Source of the DNA: an uncultured Actinomycetota bacterium
GTDB lineage: Bacteria > Actinomycetota > Actinomycetes > Propionibacteriales > Nocardioidaceae
DNA length: 64,000 nt
Assembly: GCA_963817665.1 (NCBI GenBank)
Contig: CAWFPE010000009.1
Coordinates: forward strand, 15,049 to 79,048
Reading direction: 5' to 3'
The first letter of the stretch is position 1. Each line of letters opens with the position of its first letter. This document shows positions 11,155 to 23,778 of this stretch, piece by piece. The position numbers and the translations under genes were made by a program. The notes beneath the pieces are model-generated. The model made no database searches. It was not told the DNA's origin and saw nothing but the letters and a program-made list of their open reading frames with translations.

Positions 11155-11288
11155 CCGCCGCGGGAGACCCGGGGGTCGCGGGGCCGGACGAGGTCGCATG
11201 GTGGGCCAGAGCGCTCGTCCCGTACTGTGATCGCCGTCACTTCACTACGGATCGTCCGGCACGTACCTGCCGGTGAAGGAGCTCAACC

Positions 11289-12371
<1,083 letters not shown>

Positions 12372-12375
12372 CCGG

Positions 12376-12423
12376 ACACGCAACAGGGCGGCGACCACCA
12401 GGCGGTCGCCGCCCTGTCTGCGT
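12376..12423. terminator. Bidirectional stem-loop between convergent ATPase genes
   Basis: cagggcggcgacc (12383-12395) pairs with ggtcgccgccctg (12403-12415). The stem can be extended with one bulge. Confidence 0.6.
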
Positions 12424-12440
12424 CCGGGGCCCGGCTGGGC

Positions 12441-13649
12441 TCAGCCGGCCGCCGCCGCGGCCTCCATGCCCGGGATCCGGCCCGCGTGGTCGAGGTCCAC
12501 GGTGAGGTTCTCCCCGCTGTCCGGGTCGAACAGGTGGATCTTGGAGGTGTCCATCCAGATCTCGGCCTCGTCGCCCTCCGAGATCCTGCTGCTGCCGTCG
12601 AGGGAGACCACCAGCTGGGTGTGCAGGGCCTCGCTGTCCAGGTCCCGCTCGAGCTGGGCGAGCTCCTGGCGCACCTCGTCGGGCGCCTCGAAGGGGATGT
12701 AGGCGTAGGCCTCGTTGCCCAGCCACTCCACCACGTCGACGGTGGCCCGGAAGGTGGCTCCCGAAGTGGTGTCCATCTTCACGCTGGCGTCCTCGAAGTG
12801 CTCGGGGCGGATACCGGCGATCAGCAGCCCCTTGCCGGCCGCCTTCTCGGCCTTCTCGGGGGGCAGCTCCACCTTGCCGAACGGCAGCTGCACCGAGGTG
12901 CCCTCCACCTGCGCGGGCATGAAGTTCATCGGTGGCGAGCCGATGAAGCCGGCCACGAACAGGTTGCCCGGGTTGGTGTAGAGCTCGCGCGGCGTGGCCA
13001 GCTGCTGCAGGATGCCCCGCTTCAGCACGGCGACCCGGTCACCCAGCGTCATCGCCTCGGTCTGGTCGTGGGTGACGTAGACCGTGGTGATGCCCAGCCG
13101 CTTCTGCAGCCGGGAGATCTCGGTGCGCATCTGGCCACGGAGCTTGGCGTCGAGGTTCGACAGCGGCTCGTCGAAGAGGAAGGCGTCGGCCTGACGGACG
13201 ATCGCGCGGCCCATCGCCACGCGCTGCCGCTGGCCACCGGACAGGTTGCCCGGCTTGCGCTGCAGGTGCTCGTCGAGCTCGAGCAGTCGGCTCGCCTCAT
13301 GAACCTTCTCGTCGATCTCCTTCTCGGGGATGTTGCGGGCCAGGCGCAACGGGAACGCGATGTTCTCGTAGACCGACAGGTGCGGGTAGAGCGCGTAGTT
13401 CTGGAACACCATGGCGAGGTTGCGATCGCGCGGAGCCAGGTCGTTGACCCGCTTGTCGTCGATCATCATGTCGCCGGAGGTGATGTCCTCCAGTCCCACG
13501 ATCATGCGCAGCAGCGTGGACTTCCCGCACCCGGAGGGACCGACGAGGATCATGAACTCGCCGTCCGCGACGTCGATGCTGACGTCGTTCACTGCAGGGA
13601 ACCCGTCGCCGTACTTCTTCACGATGTTCTTCATGTCGATGGCAGCCAT
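12441..13649 (-). CDS. Sugar ABC transporter ATP-binding protein (MalK/UgpC type)
   Basis: GPSGCGKSTLLRMIVGLE, LSGGQRQRVAMGRAIV, FLFDEPLSNLDA. Confidence 0.85.
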   Translation of the reverse strand: MAAIDMKNIVKKYGDGFPAVNDVSIDVADGEFMILVGPSGCGKSTLLRMIVGLEDITSGDMMIDDKRVNDLAPRDRNLAMVFQNYALYPHLSVYENIAFPLRLARNIPEKEIDEKVHEASRLLELDEHLQRKPGNLSGGQRQRVAMGRAIVRQADAFLFDEPLSNLDAKLRGQMRTEISRLQKRLGITTVYVTHDQTEAMTLGDRVAVLKRGILQQLATPRELYTNPGNLFVAGFIGSPPMNFMPAQVEGTSVQLPFGKVELPPEKAEKAAGKGLLIAGIRPEHFEDASVKMDTTSGATFRATVDVVEWLGNEAYAYIPFEAPDEVRQELAQLERDLDSEALHTQLVVSLDGSSRISEGDEAEIWMDTSKIHLFDPDSGENLTVDLDHAGRIPGMEAAAAAG

Positions 13650-13653
13650 GAGA

Positions 13654-14487
13654 TCAACCCTTCACTGCGCCGGAGGTCAGGCCGGCGACGATCTTGCGCT
13701 GGAACAGCAGGACGATGACGATGATCGGGATCGTGACCAGGACCGACGCCGTGGCCAGCTGGCCGTACGGCGGGTTGAACGGGTCCGGCCCGACGAAGTA
13801 CGACAGCTGCGCGGGCACCGTCCGCGACGCCGTCGTCGAGGTGAGCGAGATCGCGAGCACGAACTCGTTCCAGGCGAAGAAGAAGGTCAGGATCGCCGCC
13901 GTGAACACGCCGGGCGCGGCCAGCGGGACGATCACCTTCCGGAATGCCTGCCACGACGTGGCACCGTCGACCTGCGCCGCCTGCTCCATCTCCCACGGGA
14001 TCTCCCGGAAGAACGCCGAGAGCGTCCAGATCGCCAGCGGGAGCGTGAACGACATGTACGGGATGATCAGTCCCGGCCAGGTGTTGAACAGGTGCAGCGT
14101 CCGCCACATGTCGAAGAGCGGCCCGACCAGCGCGACGACCGGGAACATCGCGATCGCGAGCGCGAGCGAGAGCACCAGCCGCTTGCCGCGGAAGTCCAGC
14201 CGCGCGATGGCGTACGCCGCCAGCGTCGCGAAGATCACCGACAGCACGGTGGAGATCGCCGCGATGCCGAACGAGTTGCGCAGCGCAGCGGTGAAGTCCG
14301 GGTTGTCGATGATGTCCTTGTAGTTCTGCCAGGTCGGGTCCTTGGGCAGGAACTGCGGGCTCCCGACGCCGGTCTCCTCCACCGACTTGAACGACAGCGA
14401 GATGATCCAGGCGACCGGGAGCAGGCACCACACCAGGATGAGCACGAAGCCCACCCACGTGCCGACGGCAGTCTTGTTGCGCATCAC
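13654..14487 (-). CDS. Carbohydrate ABC transporter permease (MalG-like)
   Basis: EAA loop MEQAAQVDGATSWQAFRKVIVPLAAP. Six hydrophobic spans. Confidence 0.85.
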   Translation of the reverse strand: MMRNKTAVGTWVGFVLILVWCLLPVAWIISLSFKSVEETGVGSPQFLPKDPTWQNYKDIIDNPDFTAALRNSFGIAAISTVLSVIFATLAAYAIARLDFRGKRLVLSLALAIAMFPVVALVGPLFDMWRTLHLFNTWPGLIIPYMSFTLPLAIWTLSAFFREIPWEMEQAAQVDGATSWQAFRKVIVPLAAPGVFTAAILTFFFAWNEFVLAISLTSTTASRTVPAQLSYFVGPDPFNPPYGQLATASVLVTIPIIVIVLLFQRKIVAGLTSGAVKG

Positions 14488-15445
14488 CCTTCACCCCTTG
14501 CCTGTGCGAGATCGACCCGGAACAGCCTGACGATGAGCCAGGCGAGCAGCAGCACCGTCAGGAACAGCAGGACCGAGAGCGCGGAGCCGAGGCCCAGCTG
14601 GAGCTGTTCGATGACCTGGCGATAGGTCAGGAACGAGGAGGACTCGGTGTCCTGCGCGCCCTTGCGTCATGATGAAGATGTTGTCGAAGATCCGGAACGC
14701 GTCGAGCGCCCGGAACAGCACGGCCACCATGATCGCTGCCCGCATGTTCGGCAGGATCACCTTCCACAACCGTTGCCACCAGGTGGCCCCGTCCACCTGG
14801 GCGGCCTCGATCATGTCCTCGGAGACCTGGGAGAGGCCGGCGAGGAGCAGCAGCGACATGAACGGCGTGGTCTTCCAGATCTCGGAGACCATGATCGCGA
14901 ACATGGCCGGCCAGTGGGAGCCGAACCAGTTGGTGTCGGGACCGATCCACGGCAGCCAGGCGAACCAGCTGTTCACCCAGCCGTTGTTGATGCTGAAGGT
15001 GAACTGCCAGGCGAACGCCGAGACCACCGTGATGATCCCGTAGGGGATCAGGATGGAGGTCCGCATCGGCGCCGCGGGCGAAGATGATGCGGTGCATCAC
15101 CATCGCGAAGGCGAAGCCGATCACGAGCTCCACACCCACGGTGACCACCATGATGATGATGGTGTTGAGCGTGTCCTTCCAGAACAGGCTGTCGGACAGG
15201 ACCGTGCCGTAGTTGCTGAACCAGATGAACTCCTTGTCGTCCGGAGCGGTCAGCCGGTAGCGGAACATGGAGAGGTACAGCGCCTGGAGCATCGGGTAGG
15301 CGGTGACCAGCAGCATGATGATGACGGCAGGTGCGACGAGCTTCTGACCGAGCCGGTTCTCGGCGGCGGAACGGTCGCTCATCCCGCTTCGGCGCTTCGA
15401 CCGAGGTGCTTCCTCTGTCGTGGTGCTGGCGGTTGCGGTGCTCAC
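14484..15445 (-). pseudogene. Carbohydrate ABC transporter permease (MalF-like), two frameshifts (about 14664 and 15070)
   Basis: Pieces lie in ORFs 14627..15739 and 14491..15066 plus a third frame for the C-terminus (GAQDTESSSFLTYRQVIEQLQLG). GTG 15445 follows ggaaggag. Confidence 0.75.
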
Positions 15446-16746
15446 AGCAGTCTCCTTCCCTGCAGCACGTCCTCGATGAAGCTCGTCGAGTTCGCGGGGG
15501 TGTCGGAGTTGACGCTCGACGGCGGGTGCCAGGTGCTCTGCAGGGAGCTCGGAGATGTCACTCCAGTACGGCGTCACCGTTCGCGGCGCGGCCGCGTCCA
15601 GGCTGTGCTGGAAGAGGTCGAGCAGCGGCTGCGGATAGATCTTCGGCCAGCGCGTGTGTAGTCGTAGCCGGCCGAGCTCGCGGGCATGTTGCCGGTCAGC
15701 TCGGCGTTGACGCCCTGGTTCTCCGGCTTGGTGATGCACTGGGCGGCCTCCATCGCCTCGTCGACGTGGTTGGAGTACTTGCTCACCCCGATGCTGATCC
15801 CGCCGTACGGCGGTCGGGACTCCTCGCCCTCGACCGTCTCCGGGTACGTCGCGTAGCCGAGGTCCTTGTTCACCTCGGGCTCGGTCGGCGTCGTAGTTGT
15901 CCAGATGTAGGTCCAGTTGACCATGAACGCACCGTGTGGGGCTCGCCGAAGGTCGCGCCCGCCTGCCCTCGTTGGGGACCGACAGGTCGGCCGGTGCGGC
16001 GTTGGAGGGGCGAGCTCCTGGATGATCGCCCGCGGCCTTGTCGCCGGCTCGGAGCTGAGTCGATCTCGAGTCATTCGACCCCTTCTGGGTGTCGCTGGCG
16101 ATCTCTCCGCCGGCGCCCGGAGATCAGGGCGTTGATCCAGACCACGTAGCCCTCGTACTTGTTGGCCTGGACCGCGACCTTGCCGCCGTTCTCGTCTGCG
16201 GCGTTGATGATCTGGTCCCAGGTGACCGGCTTGTCCATGTCGAGGCCGGCCTTCTCGACGAAGGACTTGCGGTACCAGAGCACCTGGGTGTTGGACCAGA
16301 ACGGCGCCACCACCAGCTCGTCGTTCCAGGTCGCCGAGGCGGTCGCGCCGTCGAACGACTGGTCCTTCAGCGTGGCCTGGAAGTCGTCCGGCAGCGGAGC
16401 CAGGAATCCGGCGTTCGGCGAGCTCCGCGGTGTAGGGCGGGTCGATGCTCATCAGGTCGATGCCCGGGTCCTGGGCGGCAAGTCGCCGCGCGAGCTGGAT
16501 CCGCTGCTGGCTCGCGTCCTGGGGGAGCACCTGCGTGGTGATGGTGTATTGGTCGGTGCTGCAGTTCTCGGCGACCTTGGCCTGGCCGCCGGCGTCCGGG
16601 TTGGTGTACCAGACCAGCTCGGTCTTGCCCGACCCGCTCGAACATGCTGTGAGCATCCCGGCTGCCACTGACAGCCCGGCGGCGGCCGCGCAGATCCTGC
16701 GCCGCCGGCGGCGGTTGCGGGGTACACGTTGCGGTGGATGCTTCAT
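15442..16746 (-). pseudogene. Sugar ABC transporter substrate-binding lipoprotein, about 8 frameshifts
   Basis: Signal plus lipobox MLTACSS. Family-typical segments are scattered over three frames (ORFs 15574..16746, 16071..16313, 14627..15739). C-terminal YWSDIS...LQSTWHPPSSVN. Confidence 0.75.
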
Positions 16747-16918
16747 CTGAGCCCCTCCCTACTGTGGTGTACACTCACTCTTTCGCTGGGAGGGCGACCT
16801 GTCCACTGGTAACGGGGTGTAACTGACGATTCGCACGTGATTTCTGGGTCTGGACCCCATCCGAGTGACTGCGTGAGGGCAATTCTCGCGTGTTCCGGCC
16901 CCGTGTGCCGAGCCGGGC

Positions 16919-17836
16919 TCAGTGAGGGGCGCGGTCGGCGGTGCGCCGGATGGCCTGCGTGAGGCTCTCGTAGAGGTCGGCCGGGAGGTCGTGACCCATC
17001 CCGTCCACCAGCAGCAGCTCGGCCCCGGGGATCGCGGCCGCGGTGGCGCGGCCACCCGAGACGTGCACCATCCGGTCCGCGAGCCCGTGCACGACCAGCG
17101 TGGGCACCTGGACGCGGCGGAGCAGCGCGCTCCGGTTGGGCTGGGTGAGGATGGCGAGCATCTGGCGCAGCACGCCGCTGGCGCTCACCCCGCGGTCGAA
17201 GGTCTCCTCGGCACGCTTCTCGACCTCCTCGCGCGACTGCGGGTACGCCGGCGAGCCGATCAGCCGCCACATCTCGGTGCTGGAGCGGACGTAGGCCTCG
17301 CGCCCGGGCCGGCGCGCCGAGACCAGCATGGGCAGCAGCGACGGGTGCTGCCACCCGACCGTCCGCTTCCCGGTGGTCGACATGATGGTGGTCAGGCTCC
17401 GCACCCGGCGTGGCCGTTCGATGGCCATCGTCTGCACGATCATCCCGCCCATCGAGACGCCCGCGACGTGCGCCGACTCGAGGCCGAGGTGGTCCAGCAG
17501 CCCGAAGGCGTCCCCGGCCATGTCGGAGAGGCTGTACGGCGCCCGCACCCGGCGACCGGCGAAGGCCCGGACCAGCATCGACCGCTTCACCCGCCCGGCG
17601 GCGCGGCTGGAGCGGCCGGTGTCGCGGTTGTCGTAGCGGATGACGAAGAAGCCCCGCGCCGCGAGCATCCGGCACAGCTCGGGGTCCCACCAGTTCATCG
17701 GGCCACCGAGGCCCATCACGAGCAGGAGCGGGTCCCCGTCGGGGTCACCGAAGGTCTGGTAGCACAGCTCGATCCCGGGGGAGACCGGGGCGAAGAGCTC
17801 CTCGGAGACGGCGACTTCGGGCATCCGGGACGACAC
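16919..17836 (-). CDS. Alpha/beta hydrolase
   Basis: Nucleophile elbow GVSMGG. Typical alpha/beta-fold layout with late HG..D and GH motifs. Confidence 0.8.
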   Translation of the reverse strand: MSSRMPEVAVSEELFAPVSPGIELCYQTFGDPDGDPLLLVMGLGGPMNWWDPELCRMLAARGFFVIRYDNRDTGRSSRAAGRVKRSMLVRAFAGRRVRAPYSLSDMAGDAFGLLDHLGLESAHVAGVSMGGMIVQTMAIERPRRVRSLTTIMSTTGKRTVGWQHPSLLPMLVSARRPGREAYVRSSTEMWRLIGSPAYPQSREEVEKRAEETFDRGVSASGVLRQMLAILTQPNRSALLRRVQVPTLVVHGLADRMVHVSGGRATAAAIPGAELLLVDGMGHDLPADLYESLTQAIRRTADRAPH

Positions 17837-17948
17837 GTTTACCAGTCAACTACACCGGGCAGTCTCCGGGAACGGCAGGCCGCCCGTCATCGCCCAAAAT
17901 TGGGCAGAGGTCCCTGACATTCGGGACCTTTGGCCGTACCGTCGAGAC

Positions 17949-18785
17949 GTGACCGGCTCCACACTAGGCTCCTTCCTCCGCCCCCAGGGGTTCGAGCGTC
18001 CTCGGGCAGCCGCGGTCCTGCGTGAGGGGCGCGTCCTCTCCGAGGCGGGTCGCTTCGCCGCCCGGACCGTGATGGACCGTCGGGTTCGGATGTCCACGCC
18101 GTACACCGCGCGCGCGGCCACCCGGTCCAACGAGCCGGTGATCCTGGTGCCCGGCTTCCTCGCCGGCGACGGCACCCTCGGCCTGATGGCCCGGGTCCTG
18201 CGCGACGAGGGGTTCCGGACCTACCGCTCGGAGATCCGCGTCAACGTCGGCTGCACCCTCAACGCCGCCGCCCAGCTCGAGGGCCGGCTCGAGTCGATCG
18301 TCCTGCGCCGCGGCAGCCGGGTGCAGATCGTCGGGCACAGCCTCGGCGGGATGCTCGCGCGGGGGCTCGCCGTACGCCGCCCCGACCTGGTCTCCGGGAT
18401 CGTCACGATGGGCAGCCCGATGCTGGCGCCGGGTGCGCACCACGTCTCCCTGACCGCGAGCGTGGGGCTGCTGGTGCGGCTCAGCCGGGCGGGCGTCCCC
18501 GGGCTGATGGCCGAGCAGTGCGTGGCCGGGGAGTGCGCCCGCCAGAGCTTCGAGGAGAGCCGCCAGCCGATCCCGGACGGCGTCTCGTTCACCGCCATCT
18601 ACTCCAAGCGCGACGGGATCGTCGACTGGCGGGCCTGCGTCGACCCGCTGGCGGTGCCGGTGGAGGTCACCACCACCCATGTCGGCATGGCGCTCGACCC
18701 CCGGGTCATCGACCAGGTGGTGACGGCGCTGCGCCGCCACCGGTCCGAGTCAGCCCTCGAAGTCGATCGCGGAGAAAGCGCGTAG
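17949..18785 (+). CDS. Alpha/beta hydrolase, lipase-like
   Basis: [11 protein letters not shown] and GHSLGG motifs. The 3-prime end overlaps the glpX 3-prime end by 36 nt. Confidence 0.7.
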   Translation: MTGSTLGSFLRPQGFERPRAAAVLREGRVLSEAGRFAARTVMDRRVRMSTPYTARAATRSNEPVILVPGFLAGDGTLGLMARVLRDEGFRTYRSEIRVNVGCTLNAAAQLEGRLESIVLRRGSRVQIVGHSLGGMLARGLAVRRPDLVSGIVTMGSPMLAPGAHHVSLTASVGLLVRLSRAGVPGLMAEQCVAGECARQSFEESRQPIPDGVSFTAIYSKRDGIVDWRACVDPLAVPVEVTTTHVGMALDPRVIDQVVTALRRHRSESALEVDRGESA

Positions 18786-19763
18786 CTTCTGCAGCTTGTG
18801 CTCGGAGGTGATCGACCGGATCGTGCCGCTGCGCGAGCGCATCACCAGGGAGTGCGTGGTCGCGCCACCGGCGCGGTAGCGGACGCCGCGCAGCAGCTCG
18901 CCGTCGGTGATGCCGGTGGCGACGAAGAAGCAGTCGTCGCCGGTGACCAGGTCATCGGTGTCCAGCACGTGGTCCCGGTCCAGGTTGTGCCCGGCGTCGA
19001 TCGCCTTCTGCCGCTCGGCGTCGTCCTGCGGCCACAGCCGGCCCTGGATGACGCCGCCCAGGCTCTTCATCGCGCACGCGGTGATGATCCCCTCGGGGGT
19101 GCCCCCGACGCCGAGCAGCAGGTCGATGCCGGTCTCGGGGCGAGCCGCCATGATGGCACCGGCCACGTCGCCGTCGGTGATGAACTTGATCATCGCGCCG
19201 GTCGCCCGGATCTCGTCGACGAGCGCCGCGTGCCGCGGCCGGTCGAGCAGGACGACCGTCACGTCCTCGGGACGCGAGCCCTTGGCCTTGGCCACCTGGT
19301 GGATGTTCTCGGCGACCGGGTAGCGGATGTCGACCACGTCGGCGGCCTCGGGGCCGGTGACCAGCTTCTCCATGTAGAACACCGCGGAGGGGTCGTACAT
19401 CGAACCGCGCGGCGCCACCGCGAGCACGGACACGGCGTTCGTCATGCCCTTGGCGGTCAGCGTGGTGCCGTCGATGGGGTCGACCGCGACGTCGCACTCG
19501 GGTCCGGTGCCGTCGCCGACCTCCTCGCCGTTGAAGAGCATCGGCGCGTTGTCCTTCTCGCCCTCACCGATGACGACGGTTCCGCGCATCCCGATGGTCG
19601 AGATCATCACGCGCATCGCGTTGACCGCGACGCCGTCCGCGCCGTTCTTGTCGCCCCGCCCGACCCAGCGTCCGGCGGCCATCGCCGCGGCCTCGGTGAC
19701 TCGCACCAGCTCCAGGGCGAGGTTGCGGTCAGGTGACTCTGGGGCGACGCTCAGCGGGGTCAT
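18750..19763 (-). CDS. glpX: Class II fructose-1,6-bisphosphatase
   Basis: Full-length GlpX-like sequence ([31 protein letters not shown]). Confidence 0.92.
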   Translation of the reverse strand: MTPLSVAPESPDRNLALELVRVTEAAAMAAGRWVGRGDKNGADGVAVNAMRVMISTIGMRGTVVIGEGEKDNAPMLFNGEEVGDGTGPECDVAVDPIDGTTLTAKGMTNAVSVLAVAPRGSMYDPSAVFYMEKLVTGPEAADVVDIRYPVAENIHQVAKAKGSRPEDVTVVLLDRPRHAALVDEIRATGAMIKFITDGDVAGAIMAARPETGIDLLLGVGGTPEGIITACAMKSLGGVIQGRLWPQDDAERQKAIDAGHNLDRDHVLDTDDLVTGDDCFFVATGITDGELLRGVRYRAGGATTHSLVMRSRSGTIRSITSEHKLQKLRAFSAIDFEG

Positions 19764-19780
19764 GGCGCCGATGGTAACGG

Positions 19781-20757
<977 letters not shown>

Positions 20758-20776
<19 letters not shown>

Positions 20777-21567
20777 CGGTTGCGCAGCCCCGCCAGGATG
20801 GCCACGGAGGCCACCAGCAGGATCATGCTCAGGGTCCTCGCGACCTCGGGATCCGACTGGAGGACCTGGTAGATCAGCGACGGCATCGTCTGCGTGGTGC
20901 CGGGGTAGTTGCCGGCGAAGGTGATCGTGGCGCCGAACTCGCCGAGGGACCTGGCCCAGGCGAGCGCCGCCCCGGCCAGCACGCCGGGCATCGCGAGCGG
21001 GAGGGTCACCCGGCGGAACGTCGTCCACCGGTCGGCGCCCAGGGTCGCGGCCACGACGTCGTACCGCTCGCCGGAGCTGCGCAGCGCGCCCTCGACGCTG
21101 AGCACGTAGAAGGGCATCGAGACGAAGGTGTGCGCGATGACCACGGCGGTCGTGGTGTACGGAATGGTCAGGCCGGTGGTCTCGCGCAGCAGCGAGCCGA
21201 CCAGCCCGTTGCGGCCGAGGGCGGTCACCAGCGCCACGCCGGCGACGACCGGCGGCAGCACCAGCGGCACCGCGACGGCGGCCCGCACGAGGCTGCGCCC
21301 GGGGAAGTCCACCCGTGCCAGCAGCCACGCCAGCGGGGTGCCGAGCACGAGGCAGGCGAGGACGGTGACCGCCGAGGCCAGCGCGGTGAGCCACAGGGCG
21401 TCGCGCACCGCCTCGGTGCGGAGCTGGTCCCAGAAGCTGCCCCACGGTGTGTCCAGGACGAGCGAGACCAGCGGCACCACGAGCAGTGCCGCGGCCAGCG
21501 CGCCCGGCACCACGAGGACGAGGGGAGCGCGGCCGAGGGTTCGTGGCGCCGCCTCGGTGGCGGTCAC
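20758..21567 (-). CDS. modB: Molybdate ABC transporter permease
   Basis: Permease with SLGEFGATITFAGN, a motif typical of ModB/CysTW. Confidence 0.85.
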
Positions 21568-22344
21568 GGCGTGCCGAAGCCGGCGTCCCGGAGGACCTGC
21601 CGGCCCTGGTCGGAGAGCACCAGGTCGACGAACTCCTGCGCCAGGTCGGCGTCCTTGGACTGGGTCAGCGGCGCGATGGGGTACGTCGTCACCTCGTCCG
21701 CGGCGTGCGGGATCTCGAAGGTCTCGACCTGGTTGCCCGCCGCCACCGCGTCGGTGGCGTAGACGAAGCCGGCGTCCGCCTCACCGCTGGTCACCTTGGC
21801 CAGCACCGACTTCACGTCCACCTCGAGGCTCGCCGGCGCGGGAGGTGAGGTGGTTGTCGGCGGACAGCGCGGCCGCCACCTTCCCGCAGGGCGCGGTCTC
21901 GACGCAGGCCACGTAGGTGACGTCGCCGTTCTCGAGGTCCTCGAAGCCGGTGATGCCGGCCGGGTTGGCCTGCGGGGTGACCAGCACCATCGTGTTCGTC
22001 GCGAAGGTCTGCGGGGCGGTGGCCAGCGCGTCCTTCGCGCTGTCCATGGTGGCGGTGTCGGCGGTGGCCAGCACGTCGGCCGGGGCGCCGTCCACCGCCT
22101 GCTGGGCCAGCGTCGCCGAGGAGTCGAAGGCGAGCTTCACGTCCACGCCCGGGTGGTCCGCCTCGAACCGGTCGGCGAGCTCGGTGAACGTCCCGGTCAG
22201 CGAGGCGGCGGCCAGGACGGTGATGCTGTCCGACCCACCGGCGTCGTGGCCGCCGCACGCGGCGAGCGGCAGGACGAGGGCCAGCGCGGTGACCGCCACC
22301 CGGTGGTCGACCAGCCGGCGCAGCAGGCGCGCCGAGAACCTCAC
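21564..22344 (-). pseudogene. modA: Molybdate-binding lipoprotein, one frameshift at about 21.83-21.87 kb
   Basis: N-terminal part in ORF 21781..22344 (lipobox LAAC, ITVLAAASL). C-terminal part in ORF 21564..21821 (GEADAGFVYATD). Confidence 0.8.
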
Positions 22345-22736
22345 GGGCGCTCCACGACGACGTTGGTGGACTTGACCGAGGCGATGGCCCGCACCCCCGG
22401 CTCGAGGCCGAGCTCCTCGGCGGCCTCGGTGCTCATCAGCGAGACCAGCCGGTAGGGGCCGCAGATCATCTCCACCTGGGCCATCACGGTGTCCTTGACG
22501 ACCCGGGTGACGATCCCGGTCATCCGGTTGCGGGCGCTGACGGCCGAGGCGCGGGTGCGCTCGCGGTCGGGATGGTCGGCGAGCGACTCGGCGAGCGCGG
22601 CGAGCTGCGCACCCGGGATCACCGTGCGGCCCTCGGCGGTCTCGGAGGCCACCCGACCGGCCTCGACCCAGCGACGGACGGTGTCGTCGCTGACGCCCAG
22701 GAGGTCAGCGGCTTCCGCAACTCGGTACGTCGTCAC
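22341..22736 (-). CDS. Excisionase/MerR-type HTH plus TOBE (Mop) domain regulator
   Basis: YRVAEAADLLGVSDDTVRRWV HTH. C-terminal SARNRMTGIVTRV...VKSTNVVVE resembles TOBE. The stop overlaps the modA GTG (GTGA). Confidence 0.75.
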   Translation of the reverse strand: MTTYRVAEAADLLGVSDDTVRRWVEAGRVASETAEGRTVIPGAQLAALAESLADHPDRERTRASAVSARNRMTGIVTRVVKDTVMAQVEMICGPYRLVSLMSTEAAEELGLEPGVRAIASVKSTNVVVERP

Positions 22737-22795
22737 GCCGCCATCATGCCGCAGATGCGGTCAGATCGGAACGGATCGGCCGCACCTGCCCGCCT

Positions 22796-22945
22796 TCAGG
22801 TGACCAGGGCGAGGGTGCTCACCGCGGCCACCAGTGCCAGCGGGGTCGCCAGGAGCGCCACTAGGGCGAGGACCGGGACCGTGTCGACTGCGGGCACGCC
22901 CAGGAGGTGCACGCCGACGAGCCCGGCGCCGACGAGGGGTGGCAC
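22796..22945 (-). CDS. Possible 49-aa hydrophobic small protein
   Basis: VPPLVGAGLVGVHLLGVPAVDTVPVLALVALLATPLALVAAVSTLALVT. Strong GC3 bias. No recognised family. Confidence 0.25.
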   Translation of the reverse strand: MPPLVGAGLVGVHLLGVPAVDTVPVLALVALLATPLALVAAVSTLALVT

Positions 22946-22979
22946 CCGGGAAATCTACGGGACCTGTGAGGATGGACCC

Positions 22980-23570
22980 GTGAGTGAGGCGTCCCCACCC
23001 GGCCAGCAGGCTCCGGCCGGACCCGCACGCGGACCGTCGGGCCGCTACCAGCGGTCCACCAACGGCCTGGTCGGCGCGCTGCTGATCACGCTGCTCGCGA
23101 TCGGCGCCTTCGTCGCGTTCCGCGCGATCAACCGTGACAACCCCGACCTGGAGCCGACCTCCGTCGACTACCTCTCCGCCGTGCAGGGTGCCCAGGCGGG
23201 TGGGTTCGACGTCGTCTACCCGCCCTCGCTCCCGGCGGGCTGGACCGCGAGCTCGGTCCACCTGACGCCGGGGGACCGGCCGGCCTGGGGGATCGGGATG
23301 CTGACCGACGAGGGTCACTTCGCGGGGGTCCGCCAGGAGGACGCCTCCCTGGACGACCTGCTGCACACCTACGTCGACGACAACCCGACCGAGGGCGACA
23401 AGGTGCGGATCGACAGCGAGGTCGGCGCGACGTGGCGGTCCTTCTCCGACTCCGGCGGCGACCACGCCTACGCCACCGAGATGGGCAACGACGTGATCCT
23501 GGTCTACGGGTCGGCCAGCACCGAGGACCTGCGCACGCTCGCGGGCGACCTCACGACCGCCCGGCGCTGA
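22980..23570 (+). CDS. DUF4245-like membrane-anchored protein
   Basis: GTG 22980. One TM helix (LVGALLITLLAIGAFVAF). Conserved neighbour of glpX in actinobacteria. Confidence 0.7.
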   Translation: MSEASPPGQQAPAGPARGPSGRYQRSTNGLVGALLITLLAIGAFVAFRAINRDNPDLEPTSVDYLSAVQGAQAGGFDVVYPPSLPAGWTASSVHLTPGDRPAWGIGMLTDEGHFAGVRQEDASLDDLLHTYVDDNPTEGDKVRIDSEVGATWRSFSDSGGDHAYATEMGNDVILVYGSASTEDLRTLAGDLTTARR

Positions 23571-23577
23571 CGACCGT

Positions 23578-23778
23578 TCAGTCGTCGTCGGTCTCGAGCG
23601 CGGCGTCCAGCTTCTTGCGGGCGCCGTCGAGCCACTCCTGGCAGGTCCGGGCGAGCTTCTCGCCGCGCTCCCACAGCGCCAGCGACTCCTCGAGGGTGGT
23701 GCCGCCCTGCTCGAGGCGGCGCACCACCTCGACCAGCTCCTCGCGGGCGGCCTCGTAGGAGGGGGTCTCGTCAGCCAT
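23578..23778 (-). CDS. xseB: Exodeoxyribonuclease VII small subunit
   Basis: 66 aa. [35 protein letters not shown]. Confidence 0.9.
   Translation of the reverse strand: MADETPSYEAAREELVEVVRRLEQGGTTLEESLALWERGEKLARTCQEWLDGARKKLDAALETDDD

Noticed and set aside
18750-18785. 36-nt convergent overlap of the lipase-like gene and glpX as a regulatory antisense arrangement
   Set aside because: It is more likely that the lipase-like ORF simply runs on to the next stop in GC-rich sequence. There is no supporting structure.
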